A stretch of 63,996 nucleotides of DNA, filler included, from Atractiella rhizophila (GCA_021432655.1; 45 parts of 45 records of this genome joined end to end with filler, not necessarily neighbours in it), one strand, 5' to 3'; counted from the whole stretch's first letter, positions 22,901-34,670 are shown. The notes: generated by a model not told the origin, from the letters alone. Program-made: numbers and translations.

Positions 22901-25900
22901 TAAACCTCTGAGCCACTGTAGAGACATGTCCTTCCATCTTCTCAGAGCCAATAATCTGATGGTTATGCAATTGGAAAAGGGACGATGGATTCTATCTGTG
23001 GATAACGTGAAAAAGCAAGCAATGATCATGACGAATGCGACTAGGTTGGATTGACAATCGCCTCCTCTTCAGCATCGCGGACATTATCGACAAATTCAAC
23101 AGGCTCGTGGGTGTCAACGGGAGGACCAGANNNNNNNNNNNNNNNNNNNNNNNNNNNNNNNNNNNNNNNNNNNNTTAATTAATTAANNNNNNNNNNNNNN
23201 NNNNNNNNNNNNNNNNNNNNNNNNNNNNNNTATTTCTGGGCCAAGATCCAGAACGGATAGCTGCCACAACATCCCCCAGCTCTCACGGTATAACACCACG
23301 TAGACGATAAGCGGGGGAGCCAACATTATGTCTCCCATGCCTTCAAAAATGACAGGATGGATGGCATCTTAAGATCAGATTCTGCATACAATTCGAGCTT
23401 TCGAAAATACCGTCTTCGCACCTCCGGCATCCATAGTTTGCACCTGGAAGTATCTGAATACCTGATGTGAGAGGAATTTAAACGCACACTAGGGAGCACG
23501 AAAGATATTGTCGATTGAGGGGTGGGTATCGGATGACCATGAGAGAATGCACACATCCTAAAATCTGATGGATAATCTCAAGCGGTAGGGAAGCCATGTT
23601 TGAGTACTAACACGGAAGTCAGTAAATTTATTGAAGTAAAGCCAGAAGACTCGCAATTCTGCTGCAGATCAATAGATGGTAGATTATGACACTCGGGATG
23701 GTACAAGCAATCAAGCACCGACAGGTGAATGAAGTGGAGCGAAATCAATCATTTCGAAGCAAGATTCATCGATGAACCTTGAACCATCTGCTGCATGGTA
23801 GAGGATAGATGCAAGCTTCCAAACTCTTCAGTAAAAACCTTAACACGCGTAAACATGCCCCAGTTATAAAGCTCAAGCATGAAGACTGAGATGATAGATG
23901 ATAGCTCTCACAGAACTAGAAGCTGGAGGTAATCGCGGGCACTCAAAAAGCATGCGTGATCAAAAGTAGCAGATAGGGTCTTCTTTGACCTCCTTTTGGA
24001 TAAGGAATCTTTCTACAAGCTGGATAATCGAGAGTGCAGGTTTGGATGTTCTCCGTTTCGGAAGGAGTGGATTCAGGAGCTCCGTGAGAAATACCTTTTA
24101 TGGAACAAGCGGCAACTACTAAGAGGGAGCAAGCGGGACCCCGTACACTAGCAGGCAGACTGGCAGGGATGGCAGGAATATCATCAAAATGAGAAATGAG
24201 CACTTGTGAATCATACTTCCGCAGTCTCTTTGTTTGGCAATACCTCTGTTTTATTTATTCACAAGTCTTTGGTGTGCCCCAATTAATTCTCAGCGATGAG
24301 CAATATCTCAAGTAAACCCTAGTCTAGCGTGCCACAGCAACGAAGAGAACCAGTGCTGTCAAATGTTTGAGTCGGAAGGATGTAGATTGCATTTTATGCG
24401 GGTGTTGATATTCGATGCGAAAACTGAAGCCGGAGGCAGTCTGGCACTTCTAGAAAAATATATTGAACGGGTAAAGACACAGAACCAAAGAAGCCAAGGG
24501 GTACCGTCGATCCGCTCGTCAAATCGTTTAACAAAAAATGCAAGTACTGCCAAATGATGAGTTTNNNNNNNNNNNNNNNNNNNNNNNNNNNNNNNNNNNN
24601 NNNNNNNNTTAATTAATTAANNNNNNNNNNNNNNNNNNNNNNNNNNNNNNNNNNNNNNNNNNNNTACCGGCAGCAGGCTCTACTTTCCTCGCTTATGAAC
24701 TTACGATGGAATTCCTTCAGAAGAATACTAATCTATAGGCATAGTGTTGTGCTCTCTTTTCAGCATTATTGTTGTTCCGTTGTTTCACAGGGAGTAATAG
24801 AATTCAGAAATTGTGTCCTGCTATTCCAACTTCCCAACATAGTATCCAAAAGGTGCATCGATGAGTCTGTGGCAAGAAGGTTCTATGAAAGGAGCAAGAA
24901 CAGCTCACCCTCTGCCCGTCAGTCAGCATGATCTGATCGTGGAAGAAGTTTGAGGAGGCAAGATGTCCTAACACAGCTGCTTCATTTCTTTGGTACTAAT
25001 GATTGTTTGTAAATGTTTAGTCCATGCTGTTTACTTACAATAACTAGTGCCTGAGCGGAAAGCGTAAGTCTTAACGCAGCATTGACTTCAATCGACAGAC
25101 TCAAGCCTGGCAAAAGCACTCGCACGCTCAAGACGGTATCAACTTGAGGTGCCTTATTGCTGTAAGAAGAAAGTTGTTGACCTGATTGACAACGATTCGG
25201 CATGTTTGGACGGTATAACGATGACCTTGACTGGTCTCGATATTGCCGAAAGGCACAGAAGGCAATCGCGCAATACAAAGGCAAAGGCTTCAAGCTCCTT
25301 TCTCTCATCAACCAGCAGTTAGACCTTAGAGTCGCCGCTGCAACTCATCGCGTGAACAAGCAGATTGTGTGAGGGAGGCGATTCCTGTGGCAAAATATGC
25401 AAGGAAAAATATACGTCTGTGTGGAGGCTAGCGACGTTGCCTTAGACTGTAGTGGGAACTTTGTTTCACATAATGGTTTCTCAGGCGGGCGTTCTCCCTT
25501 ATAGAGAGTAGCAGAATACTGTCCCTGTCATGATACTGTAACGATCAATCGAATAATCGAATGCTGCAAAAATGTAACACAACTTGAAAGTTGAAAGCCC
25601 CTAAGGCTTCACCCCAAGCTCTCTCCAGTTCAAGCAGGTCAGGTACGGGAGAGGAAGAACAAGGAACGAGAAGAAAGTTCAGTCATGTCGCAATTATTGC
25701 TACAGTTTTCTGCAGCAGGTCAATTTGGAAAAGATCTCCATGCGTTCGTGCTCTTCGCTCTTCAACTCGTCAAACCTCGTAACAAGCAAACAGACCCTTA
25801 GTCCAGTTCCTCAAGTCACGGAGCGCACGATCTTTCCATTTTCTCGAGCATGAAATTCTTTGGGATTCATCCACCGCGTCTCGTTCGGAAGTTGAGAAGA

Positions 25901-26098
25901 AAACCGGGGACGTGCGTTCTAGACACTTGATCAACGAGGACATCGAAGGAGACGAAGGGTCTTGGTCCGTCTTTCTCCTTCCGTCCTTATTCCAGATANN
26001 NNNNNNNNNNNNNNNNNNNNNNNNNNNNNNNNNNNNNNNNNNTTAATTAATTAANNNNNNNNNNNNNNNNNNNNNNNNNNNNNNNNNNNNNNNNNNNN

Positions 26099-27431
26099 AT
26101 GGAGGAGTATAAAAGCCAAGTATGTATTCTATTCCGCCTGATTCATGCTGACGATGTTTAGGCCTTTGATCAGCAAGTATTTGATGACCTTTTAATCAAG
26201 TATATTGTCAGTACCGACCAACCATTCACAAGTGTCACCTCATCTGAATTCCTTGAGCTTCTCCTCTGCCTGCAGTGGACAATCCCGATCTCAAAACATC
26301 AAGAGTTTCCTGCTCTGATGGATGGCTCCGTTCTTGATGAGGATGCTGAGGATGAAGGTGAAGATGAGGTGATGGAAGTCGATGAGGAGAAGAAGGGATT
26401 GAAACTACCGAGCCGCCATACTATGAAACGAAAGGTTGTATTGATGGCGGAGGATGTTAAGGAGCATATAGGACAGAAGTTACAGGTATGTGCTTTAACT
26501 GAGAACTACGAATGTGTACCATGTATTCATTGCTTGGTTTCTAGGCACTGAATACAAAGATACACCTGGCGCAAGACTTATGGACCTCTGACAATTGTTA
26601 TGCCTTTTTGGCCATTGTCGCTTCATTCATCAACGATGACTGGGTCTTAGAAGTCCCAATTGATTTTCAAGAGCTTGAGGGATCACATACTGGAGAGGCT
26701 ATCGCAGCTGCAATCATGAAGACGGTCAATGATTACGGTATTGTTGGGCAGGTATAGACTCTCTTTATTTTACCAGCAAAATAGAATCTCATGGTGCTTT
26801 TCCAATCATAGCTAGGATGCATAACTGCAGACGGCGCATCAAACAATACAACGGCAGTCGAAGCTATTCAGTCCCGACTGCTTCACCGCAATATCCCCTT
26901 CAATGCAAAGGAACGATGCATCTACTGTGCTCCACATGTCATCCATCTCGCGGCGCTGGAGCTCTTGGAGATTATGGGGTGCTTTTCCTGAAAAGGAGAA
27001 TGAGGCTAAAGATCTGGTCGCATGGCAAGCGGAGGTAACCAGGAAGGTCAAGATCGGCGGTGGAGGTCTGCCGTTTGAAGACAATCCGGATACTGGGGTG
27101 CAGGTCGGAATGGTGAAGGAAACCATTGCAAAGGTATGCCTTTACTCACTTGTTACATTGCTGAATGTGTTCCACTCCAGCTTCGATCTATCAGTAAACA
27201 CCTTCGTCTAACACCTCAGCAACGTAAATCATGGTTCAAAATACTTGAGGAAACCCTTGATGGGCTTGGAAAATGTTCAGATGAAGAGCTGAAGATTCTC
27301 ATCCTGGACGTACGTGTTCGCTGGTCGTCAACACATGACATGCTTGTGCTTTGCCTTCGATATCGAGAAGCGATAGAGAAATATGTGGATCAGTGTGGGT
27401 TGGAGCGGCAACGTTTGACGAAGGCAGAATG
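26099..27431 (+). mobile_element. hAT transposase catalytic region, multi-exon, one frameshift
   Basis: DQPFTSV..EF, LPSRHTMK, QDLWTSDN..AFLAI, FQELEGSHTGEAIA, CITADGASNN, CAPHVIHLAA, LILDVRVRWSSTHDML; an extra base in the ATGGGG run near 26975 shifts the frame. Confidence 0.92.
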
Positions 27432-27531
27432 NNNNNNNNNNNNNNNNNNNNNNNNNNNNNNNNNNNNNNNNNNNNTTAATTAATTAANNNNNNNNNNNNN
27501 NNNNNNNNNNNNNNNNNNNNNNNNNNNNNNN

Positions 27532-28863
27532 ATTCGGAGATTGCAGCAGTGGATGACAAAGGATAAAGCCGGTGATGCGAAGGAACAGATCTGGAAAGTG
27601 GCGGAAGCGGTGGAAGAGATGAGGTTGCAGAATGTCGACCTTGGTTCTTTGGACCAATGGATGACCGATGCGAAAGTTGTACGCAAGGCATGTCTTTCAG
27701 TCGCCTCCGTCAGAGCAAGCTCAGCGCTATAACACCTACATAGATCGGAGGTTACGCAGATCTTTTGTCCTCTGAAGCTGCAGCTGAAGGGATAGAAAGC
27801 AGAAAGCGGAAACGAGGAGAAGAGCGGGTGCGAGCGCATACGGAAGCCAGTCGAGCTTTCTTCGCGCTCCAATCTTTCTTGAGAGCGCTATCGAACCCTT
27901 CGAAGGATGGGAGAATCATCGTTGGCGAAGAAGGAGGGACGAGGACGATCAAATACCTCCTACTTAATCCTGCCGGCGTGTTCAGAGATGTGGTGGAGGA
28001 AGCACGCTCGGTTGTACTCGCCGGAGGGACGATGCATCCCGTAAGCTTTATTTGACCCATTCTACACGCGTGGAAGGTAGACTAATGTTAAGTAGACGGA
28101 CGAAGTCATCCATCAGATCTTTCCCAGAAAAGATGTTCAAGTCTTCGCATATGATCACATCGTCCCGAACCAGCATCTGTGTGTTCGAACGATTGGAAAG
28201 GGTCCGAAAGGGGAAAGAATGGCGTTTACATACGAGAAAAGGAACGATGGAAATCTCGTCCGTCCACTCACATTCTCTGCTCAAAACCATCAGGGACTGA
28301 TACGATGTGGTGATATGTAATGTTGCAGATGGACGAACTGGGGCGGACGATAATCAATATTGGAAACCTCGTTAAAGAGGGAGTTGTAGTCTTTTTTCCC
28401 AGCTATGACTTCCTGAAGAAAGTCAAGAAGAGGTGGATGGAGAGCGGGATATGGGCTAGATTGGAGGGTAAGAAGAAGGTGAGCTCGATCCACATCCGAT
28501 CCGCTACTCGCAACCTGAAATCGTCGACCATCAGGTTTTCGAAGAGCCGAAGAACGGGAACGAGGTCGACGCGGTCTTGGCCGGCTACGCAGAGTGTGTC
28601 AAACAAGTGCGTATTTGCTCGGCAACCCTGATCCGATCCATCAGTGTTCTGACGGAATGGAATTTGGTAGAAACAAGGAGTAATCATGTTTGCGGTCGTC
28701 GGCGCGAAGCTTTCGGAGGGCATCAACTTCTCTGACGATCTCGCCCGGACGGTGGTCGTGTGTGGGATTCCTTATCCCAACGCGAACTCTCCTGAGCTGA
28801 ACGAACGGATAAAATATGTGAACGAGCTCAATGGAGGAGAGGAGGCTGGGAGACAACTTTGTA
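27532..28863 (+). CDS. CHL1: ATP-dependent DNA helicase Chl1/DDX11, internal part
   Basis: KYLLLNPAGVFRDVVEEARSVVLAGGTMHP, GVVVFFPSYDFL, FAVVGAKLSEGINFSDDLARTVVVCGIPYPN. Confidence 0.93.
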
Positions 28864-28963
28864 NNNNNNNNNNNNNNNNNNNNNNNNNNNNNNNNNNNNN
28901 NNNNNNNTTAATTAATTAANNNNNNNNNNNNNNNNNNNNNNNNNNNNNNNNNNNNNNNNNNNN

Positions 28964-29128
28964 TAATGAAATTACAAGTTCATGATATTACGATAAAGAA
29001 TCTAGCGCTTTTATACCTTTACAGTAGGTGGCAAACATTGGTAAGCATGGAAGTCCAGAAGGTTCAAGAAAAAAACAGCCACAGAACAGGTGGCAATGAA
29101 TGACGCTCAATGCGCCAAAATCCTGACA
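28964..29128 (-). repeat. 3' LTR (165 bp, TGTCAGG...TTCATTA on the minus strand)
   Basis: First 93 nt identical to 30201-30293; directly preceded on the minus strand by the PPT; contains TATAAAA (minus strand 29015-29009). Confidence 0.88.
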
Positions 29129-29139
29129 AACTCCCCCTT
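29129..29139 (-). promoter_or_regulatory. Polypurine tract AAGGGGGAG(TT)
   Basis: Minus-strand AAGGGGGAGTT abuts the TG start of the 3' LTR. Confidence 0.85.
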
Positions 29140-29369
29140 GAGCAAATGAAATGCCACGAAAGAAAATAAAAGAAACACATCTAAGAGAAGGAAGAAACAC
29201 ACTAAACTGGATCCTGAGAATGAAGCTCCCCCTCACTCCCCTTTATTCCAGTAATTCTCCGAACTCACTAACCTCCACAACCGTTGAAGGATCAAGCCAC
29301 CTTCCAAGCCGCGCTTCTGTGGTTGATTCCCGGCCGCCGCGCGCACAACTTCAACGGGTCCTTATTTTC

Positions 29370-30137
29370 TCAAAAGGCCTCAGAAATGGTGAATGAGGAC
29401 GTTGCCTCCCTTGGCGCAGCCTTCTCCGGACAATCACGCGCTAAATGTCCAGAGTTTCCACAGACGTAGCAATGAATTGATCTTGTAGAATTTGAGTTAT
29501 CGCGGGGTTTGAACCTTCTGCTCGTTGTGATCAACGCTTCCCCAGTTTCCTCCTTTACTCCTCTTCTCCCCTCCTCATTCCTGAGAGCTCCAATGACATC
29601 TTGAATTGTCAACTCTTCTTTAGTTGCCATCAAAGTCCCGGCTAAGCTCCCCCAATCCTCCGCGAGGTTGAAAATGAGAACGTCCGTTATATCGGTATCT
29701 TCTAGTTTAAGCCCGATCGATTTGAGATTAGAAGCACTGGAGGAAACTTCTTGAATGTAAGCTTCAACCGGTTTTGTGGAATCGTGCTTGGCGTTGTAGA
29801 ACCGACGTTTCAGCATGATTCTGTTTGCTCGGCTGTTCTTCTCATATTTCTCCTTCAAAGCCTTCCATGCGGCCGCTCCAGTTGTGCAATCTCGGATGTA
29901 ATTGTATTGGGATGGATCGACACTCAATCCGATGATGGTGAGTCCCAATTCATTACTTTCTTTCCAAGTCCTCAGTTTCTTATCCTCTGGCAAAGGCTCC
30001 TCCACCACTCCACTCACTTCATCCCAGCAACTCCCTCTCTTCAGGACCAAAGTAACAGCAAATTTCCAGTCGTTGTAGTTGCTCTCCGTAAGCTTGGGGA
30101 CCGACTGAATTAGCGTGTTGAGATTTGAGGTGGACAT
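29370..30137 (-). CDS. gag: Copia-type Gag (UBN2-like capsid region plus CCHC zinc knuckle), 255 aa, intact
   Basis: PKLTESNYNDWKF..., AAAWKALKEKYE, NLAEDW, and C-x2-C-x4-H-x4-C knuckle CYVCGNSGHLARDC; no internal stops. Confidence 0.92.
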   Translation of the reverse strand: MSTSNLNTLIQSVPKLTESNYNDWKFAVTLVLKRGSCWDEVSGVVEEPLPEDKKLRTWKESNELGLTIIGLSVDPSQYNYIRDCTTGAAAWKALKEKYEKNSRANRIMLKRRFYNAKHDSTKPVEAYIQEVSSSASNLKSIGLKLEDTDITDVLIFNLAEDWGSLAGTLMATKEELTIQDVIGALRNEEGRRGVKEETGEALITTSRRFKPRDNSNSTRSIHCYVCGNSGHLARDCPEKAAPREATSSFTISEAF

Positions 30138-30185
30138 TGCGAAGTGGGCTTGGCTGCAGGTGTGGGTGCTTGAAGATAGAACACT

Positions 30186-30198
30186 GCTCTCGCTACCA
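30186..30198 (-). promoter_or_regulatory. Primer binding site TGGTAGCGAGAGC, probably initiator tRNA-Met
   Basis: Lies 2 nt inside the 5' LTR; TGGTAGC is complementary to a 3' end GCUACCA, as in eukaryotic initiator tRNAs with the A1:U72 pair. Confidence 0.75.
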
Positions 30199-30200
30199 AT

Positions 30201-30293
30201 TAATGAAATTACAAGTTCATGATATTACGATAAAGAATCTAGCGCTTTTATACCTTTACAGTAGGTGGCAAACATTGGTAAGCATGGAAGTCC
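30201..30293 (-). repeat. 5' LTR, truncated by the contig end
   Basis: Identical to 28964-29056. Confidence 0.88.
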
Positions 30294-30607
30294 NNNNNNN
30301 NNNNNNNNNNNNNNNNNNNNNNNNNNNNNNNNNNNNNTTAATTAATTAANNNNNNNNNNNNNNNNNNNNNNNNNNNNNNNNNNNNNNNNNNNNAAGGCAG
30401 CGTTCTGACACCCTTAGCTGCTTGTCTGGTTGTCTTCAGTACTGAGTCATTATGTCACCACGATCGATCACAACTTCGAACTGTTGATCAACTCACAGTC
30501 AAGCACTAGCACTATCGTTTGATTGCTCCTTGTTCGCCAGAAACACTGAACTCAGCACGCCAATCATAGCTATAACAGTACACTCTGACATCTGAGACAT
30601 TAGCACC

Positions 30608-31670
30608 ATGGCAGATCTGGAAATGTTAGCAGAGTTAGAGAACATGAAGCTTCAGGATACGTCAAGGGAATTGGACTGTAAGGCACTCGCCCTCCAATGT
30701 CTATTGTTCTCAGACACTATTTAAGTGGTCTTTGTGTTGGACTGTACGGGGTATGCTCTCATGAGCTTTTGTCATGTTCCTCAGCATTGACCTTGGTGAC
30801 GAAGATCGATGGGATCGTACATAACCGTTCGTTCGCCTCTTCCTACCAAAATGTCACCTCATATTGTTTGCCCAGTCTGCAACGCAAAACATCGAAGTCA
30901 TTTGTCAAGAAATTGTTCAATCTGAAAAGTTGGCATCCCCGGATTGCCTCAGAATCGGTCTCATCGCTTACCGCGACCATCCTCCACAGGTGAGTAAGAG
31001 CGGAGGTGGTCTCTACCGTGCTGAATGCCCTCGCTTCATCCTTATAGGACACAAGGTCCGTCCCGACGATGTTAAACGAGGCTTATTGACTCGTTATGTC
31101 AGCTATATTACAAAGAACTTTGGCTTTGGTAAAGGATCAGACGTCGCAAGCATCAAGAAACAGCTGCAAAGTCTTTACGCTTCTGGAGTAAGTGTGTTCG
31201 TTTACCAGATAACTCTGTTTGAATGACTTTGTAGGGCGGTGACGGACCTGAGGCTGTAACCGCCGCGCTGAAAGAGACCCTTCTTATGGACTGGCGACCG
31301 TCGGCATCTAAGATTGCTGTTCTCATTGCTGACGCGCCACCTCATGGAATTGGAGAGGACGGAGATGTAAGCTAAACTCTCGCAGCCCGCATCCGCGCTC
31401 ATCACAAGTCTGCTAGGCTTTTGCAGATGGCTCTCCTGAAGGTAAGTCTTGTGTTACAGTTTTGCTGGTGATCATGGTCACCAACAGGAAGCGACCCATT
31501 GATCCTCGCCAGAGAAATGGCAACTAGAGGAATTACTCTGGTGCGTCCTCTTCTACCCATTTATTTTAAACTGAGGGAAAAGCAGTTCTGTGTCGCTTGC
31601 GAGCCTGCTCTTTCAGGCTACTCCTATGCCCTGGACCACTTTCGCGCACTCTCGGACATCACTTCTGGAG
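30608..31670 (+). CDS. von Willebrand factor A domain protein (vwkA-like vWA family), intron-dense, partial
   Basis: Spliced: LDLVFVLDCTG|SMGSYIT|SATQNI...LRIGLIAYRDHPPQ|DTS|YITKNFGF...LYASG|GGDGPEAV...WRPSASKIAVLIADAPPHGIGE; MIDAS DxTGS motif. Confidence 0.88.
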
Positions 31671-31853
31671 GTAAGCAACTTTAGTTGCCGTGATCTTCGA
31701 GAAATTTAAGCGTGTGGTANNNNNNNNNNNNNNNNNNNNNNNNNNNNNNNNNNNNNNNNNNNNTTAATTAATTAANNNNNNNNNNNNNNNNNNNNNNNNN
31801 NNNNNNNNNNNNNNNNNNNCCTTTCTTCTAAAGCTCATATGATCGCACCGTAG

Positions 31854-32117
31854 ATCACACGGATTAAAGAGAAAGTGGAGGAGAAGGAGGGTATACCGCC
31901 CGCTCAGCAGAGGTTGATTTTTGGAGGAAAGCAGATGTGCGTAATCCCTTATTCTAGTGCGTCGAGGAGCGGTTGGCTGGGTTCGTGAGAGGAATATGTG
32001 CTTACCACAATTCTAAACTTCTTCAGGGCGGACGAGAAGACAGCCAAAGACTTCAACATCGAAGCTGGTTCAGTGCTGCACCTTGTGTTGGCCTTGAGAG
32101 GTGGAATGCTCCGATGA
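31854..32117 (+). CDS. RUB1: Ubiquitin-like protein NEDD8/Rub1, last two exons
   Basis: [63 protein letters not shown] (Ala72) distinguishes NEDD8 from ubiquitin. Confidence 0.95.
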
Positions 32118-33533
32118 GCCTGGAGACTAAGAGAATATTGTGATGTAGAGAATCTCTGTGTATTTGATTGAATTTCAGCAAAGATTTGTATCGCGTTTCT
32201 TGTACGGAGCTAGTCAACGTCCTGAGCTTGCAGACCGTCCACACTCAAGCTTTGGCTGAGAATTCGCAAGTCAGATGCACCGATTATCTTCAAAGTTTTC
32301 ATCCTCTCTATAGAGTTAGATTGAAACAGGAATTCTCCCATATTTGAGTGCGGAGTTCAGACTGTCTGCTGTTCTTGTCTAGTATCTCGGAAACTACCGA
32401 AATTCTGCTGTCTTTACAGCACATTGGTTAGGAAAGACTGGAGGTCCTGTATAGGTTGCATTGACATTAAATGCAGTAAGGATAGTCTGAGTGTCGAACT
32501 TATGGATGCAGAGGGAGGGAGGGAAGTGCATTTGTTATCTGATGCACGCTTTTTGGCCTTACCCATTCAGAGGACAGTGAACATAGCGTTGAAAGGGATT
32601 GAGGCCAGCCTGATCACATTGCCCACCTGTCCTAGTGATGCCACATGGGATAGAGTCAAAAGGGCTGTCACACCATTGACTGATCTAGAATATGAAGTTG
32701 TGTACTTGACCTTTCTTCCATTCAAACGATATCAACCACACTTAATGTGCCTTCTCAGCTGGCGACAGCCCTAATATTTATTCTCCATTCGGAATTCAAT
32801 GAATTGTGAAGCGGCTGCGACCATGACATGACTTCCTATCTAAATTTGTAATCCTCGTTCCTGAAGCAGCCCTAACGCTTAATACCCTTTCTGCGACCCT
32901 CAAAGCATCTGACGATTAAGTTTGCTGAGTTCATTATTGAGGAGGGAAGGGCATCAGGATACTGTTATCTAGCAAAAGCCGCGTTGACAAAGTCACGTGA
33001 GAAACGACGCGAGGTGGACGGAAGAAGCGGATCCGACATTTGAGTTGGACTGGATGAACGACCATCATCAACAAGAGGCTGGTCTGAAAGAGCTCAGGGC
33101 ATCTGGAAGGGTAATTCTTAGCAGTTACGGGGAATTGCCATTTAGNNNNNNNNNNNNNNNNNNNNNNNNNNNNNNNNNNNNNNNNNNNNTTAATTAATTA
33201 ANNNNNNNNNNNNNNNNNNNNNNNNNNNNNNNNNNNNNNNNNNNNACCACCTCTAAGATAAGTCTCCTCCAAGAATAACTTAAAAACTTTCACTTAGCCA
33301 TCGCGACGTAGAATCCCTCTCATGGTCATCCTGCTTAACGACCATATTCCTTGCAAGGGGTGCTGGGGATTCATTATAATTCTTACTTTCACATCTCTTC
33401 TCGTCACCATACATTGCATCTCACTCCCACCGACATACTTTGTTCACAAGTCACCTTTTTTTTTTTTACTTTGATCTGCTCCCCAAATGTAGAGCTCCGT
33501 TGACTACAGTCTGTACGCTCTGAAATATGATCA

Positions 33534-33555
33534 CAACAACAACAACAACAACAAC
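33534..33555 (+). repeat. (CAA)7 microsatellite
   Basis: Seven perfect CAA units upstream of the halogenase ATG. Confidence 0.9.
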
Positions 33556-33717
33556 TTGCTGATAAGGACCATGGTAAACCGGGATAATTGAATTAGAGTG
33601 GTGGAGAGCGAGGGCATAAAAGGGACACATCCCAACTTCCGCAACCCTGAAGAAGCCTTTAGTTTGCTCTTCTCTCTTCTTATCTCAAGTCTAGAAGAGC
33701 ATATTTACACTATCATC

Positions 33718-34570
33718 ATGGGTAGCATTCCCAAGAAAACTCAAATCCTCGTCGTTGGTGGTGGACCATGTCTGTCCCCTGGTTTACTGATTGTTGCCAC
33801 CGGCTGACCATCACATAGCTGGGAGTGGAGTTTTGGCTCGCGAAGGTTTTGATGTCGTGTTGCTTGAATCCACCAAGCATCCTAGGTACGCCATTCTGAC
33901 GCTACTTGTCAATCCTGACACTTCCCTTACGCGAATAGATATCTGTAGAATCTCTCTTGCCCTCAGTGAGGCTCACTTTGTCTTCTCTGTTCTAGGTCTG
34001 ATGGCCTGGGATCAGGTGAGACCTCATCTGGGGTTATTTGGGGTGGAGGAGAAGGTCCGTGACCATGGATTCACTCAGAAGTGCGAGAGATTTCAGATCG
34101 GGAATCCAGATTCAGATTGACCTGCCATTGTAGGCCGCAGCCGTTGCCCACTTCGTGAAGGACCTGCCCCCTGCTTACACCAATTTCATAGAAGAGTCCA
34201 AGGATAATGGTGTTTGGAAGTATGTGCCTCTCTTCACACGTCTGGCTCTCCGCCAGGCTCAAGCTTTGGGAGCCAAGGTTTTCGAAGATGTTAAGGTCAC
34301 AGAGCTCACCTTTGACCAAGAAAATCCTACAAAACCAGTTTCCGCTACCTACACCAAGAAGGGGGATACTACCGCTCAAACGATTAGTTTCGATTACTTG
34401 GTTGATGCCAGTGGTCGCTTCGGTTAGCAATCTAGATTTTTGGGGTAAATGTCTTGGCTGGCTAACCTAATTTTGGGAGGTCTCATGAGCACGAAGTATT
34501 TGAAGAACCGAAGGTTCCTCGACTCTTTGAAGAATTACGCCAACTGGGCCTATTTTGAGGGACAAAACGC
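33718..34570 (+). pseudogene. Flavin-dependent halogenase (Rdc2/RadH/ArmH-like), 5' part with small deletions
   Basis: ILVVGGGP, LAREGFDVVLLESTKHPR, ESLLPS, HGFTQK, ISFDYLVDASGR.GLMSTKYLKNRRF..LKNYANWAYF. The expected RYHIGES, KxGA and NVxRSExD segments are shortened or out of frame. Confidence 0.8.
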
Positions 34571-34670
34571 NNNNNNNNNNNNNNNNNNNNNNNNNNNNNN
34601 NNNNNNNNNNNNNNTTAATTAATTAANNNNNNNNNNNNNNNNNNNNNNNNNNNNNNNNNNNNNNNNNNNN

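Larger units (their letters stand above)
28964..30293 (-). mobile_element. Gag-only Ty1/Copia-type LTR retroelement (about 1.4 kb if both LTRs are full length)
   Basis: Direct terminal repeats, PBS, intact gag ORF, PPT, and no pol sequence between the gag stop and the PPT. Confidence 0.85.

Noticed and set aside
21796..25998. Three contigs with short ORFs and faint leucine-rich fragments
   Set aside because: Possibly decayed F-box/LRR-like genes, but there is too little signal to name or delimit them.
29290..29372. Gag-pol readthrough or frameshift at UUU-UGA
   Set aside because: All frames stop within about 80 nt and no protease motif follows.
31854..32117. Ubiquitin
   Set aside because: [10 protein letters not shown] and LALRGG identify NEDD8/Rub1.
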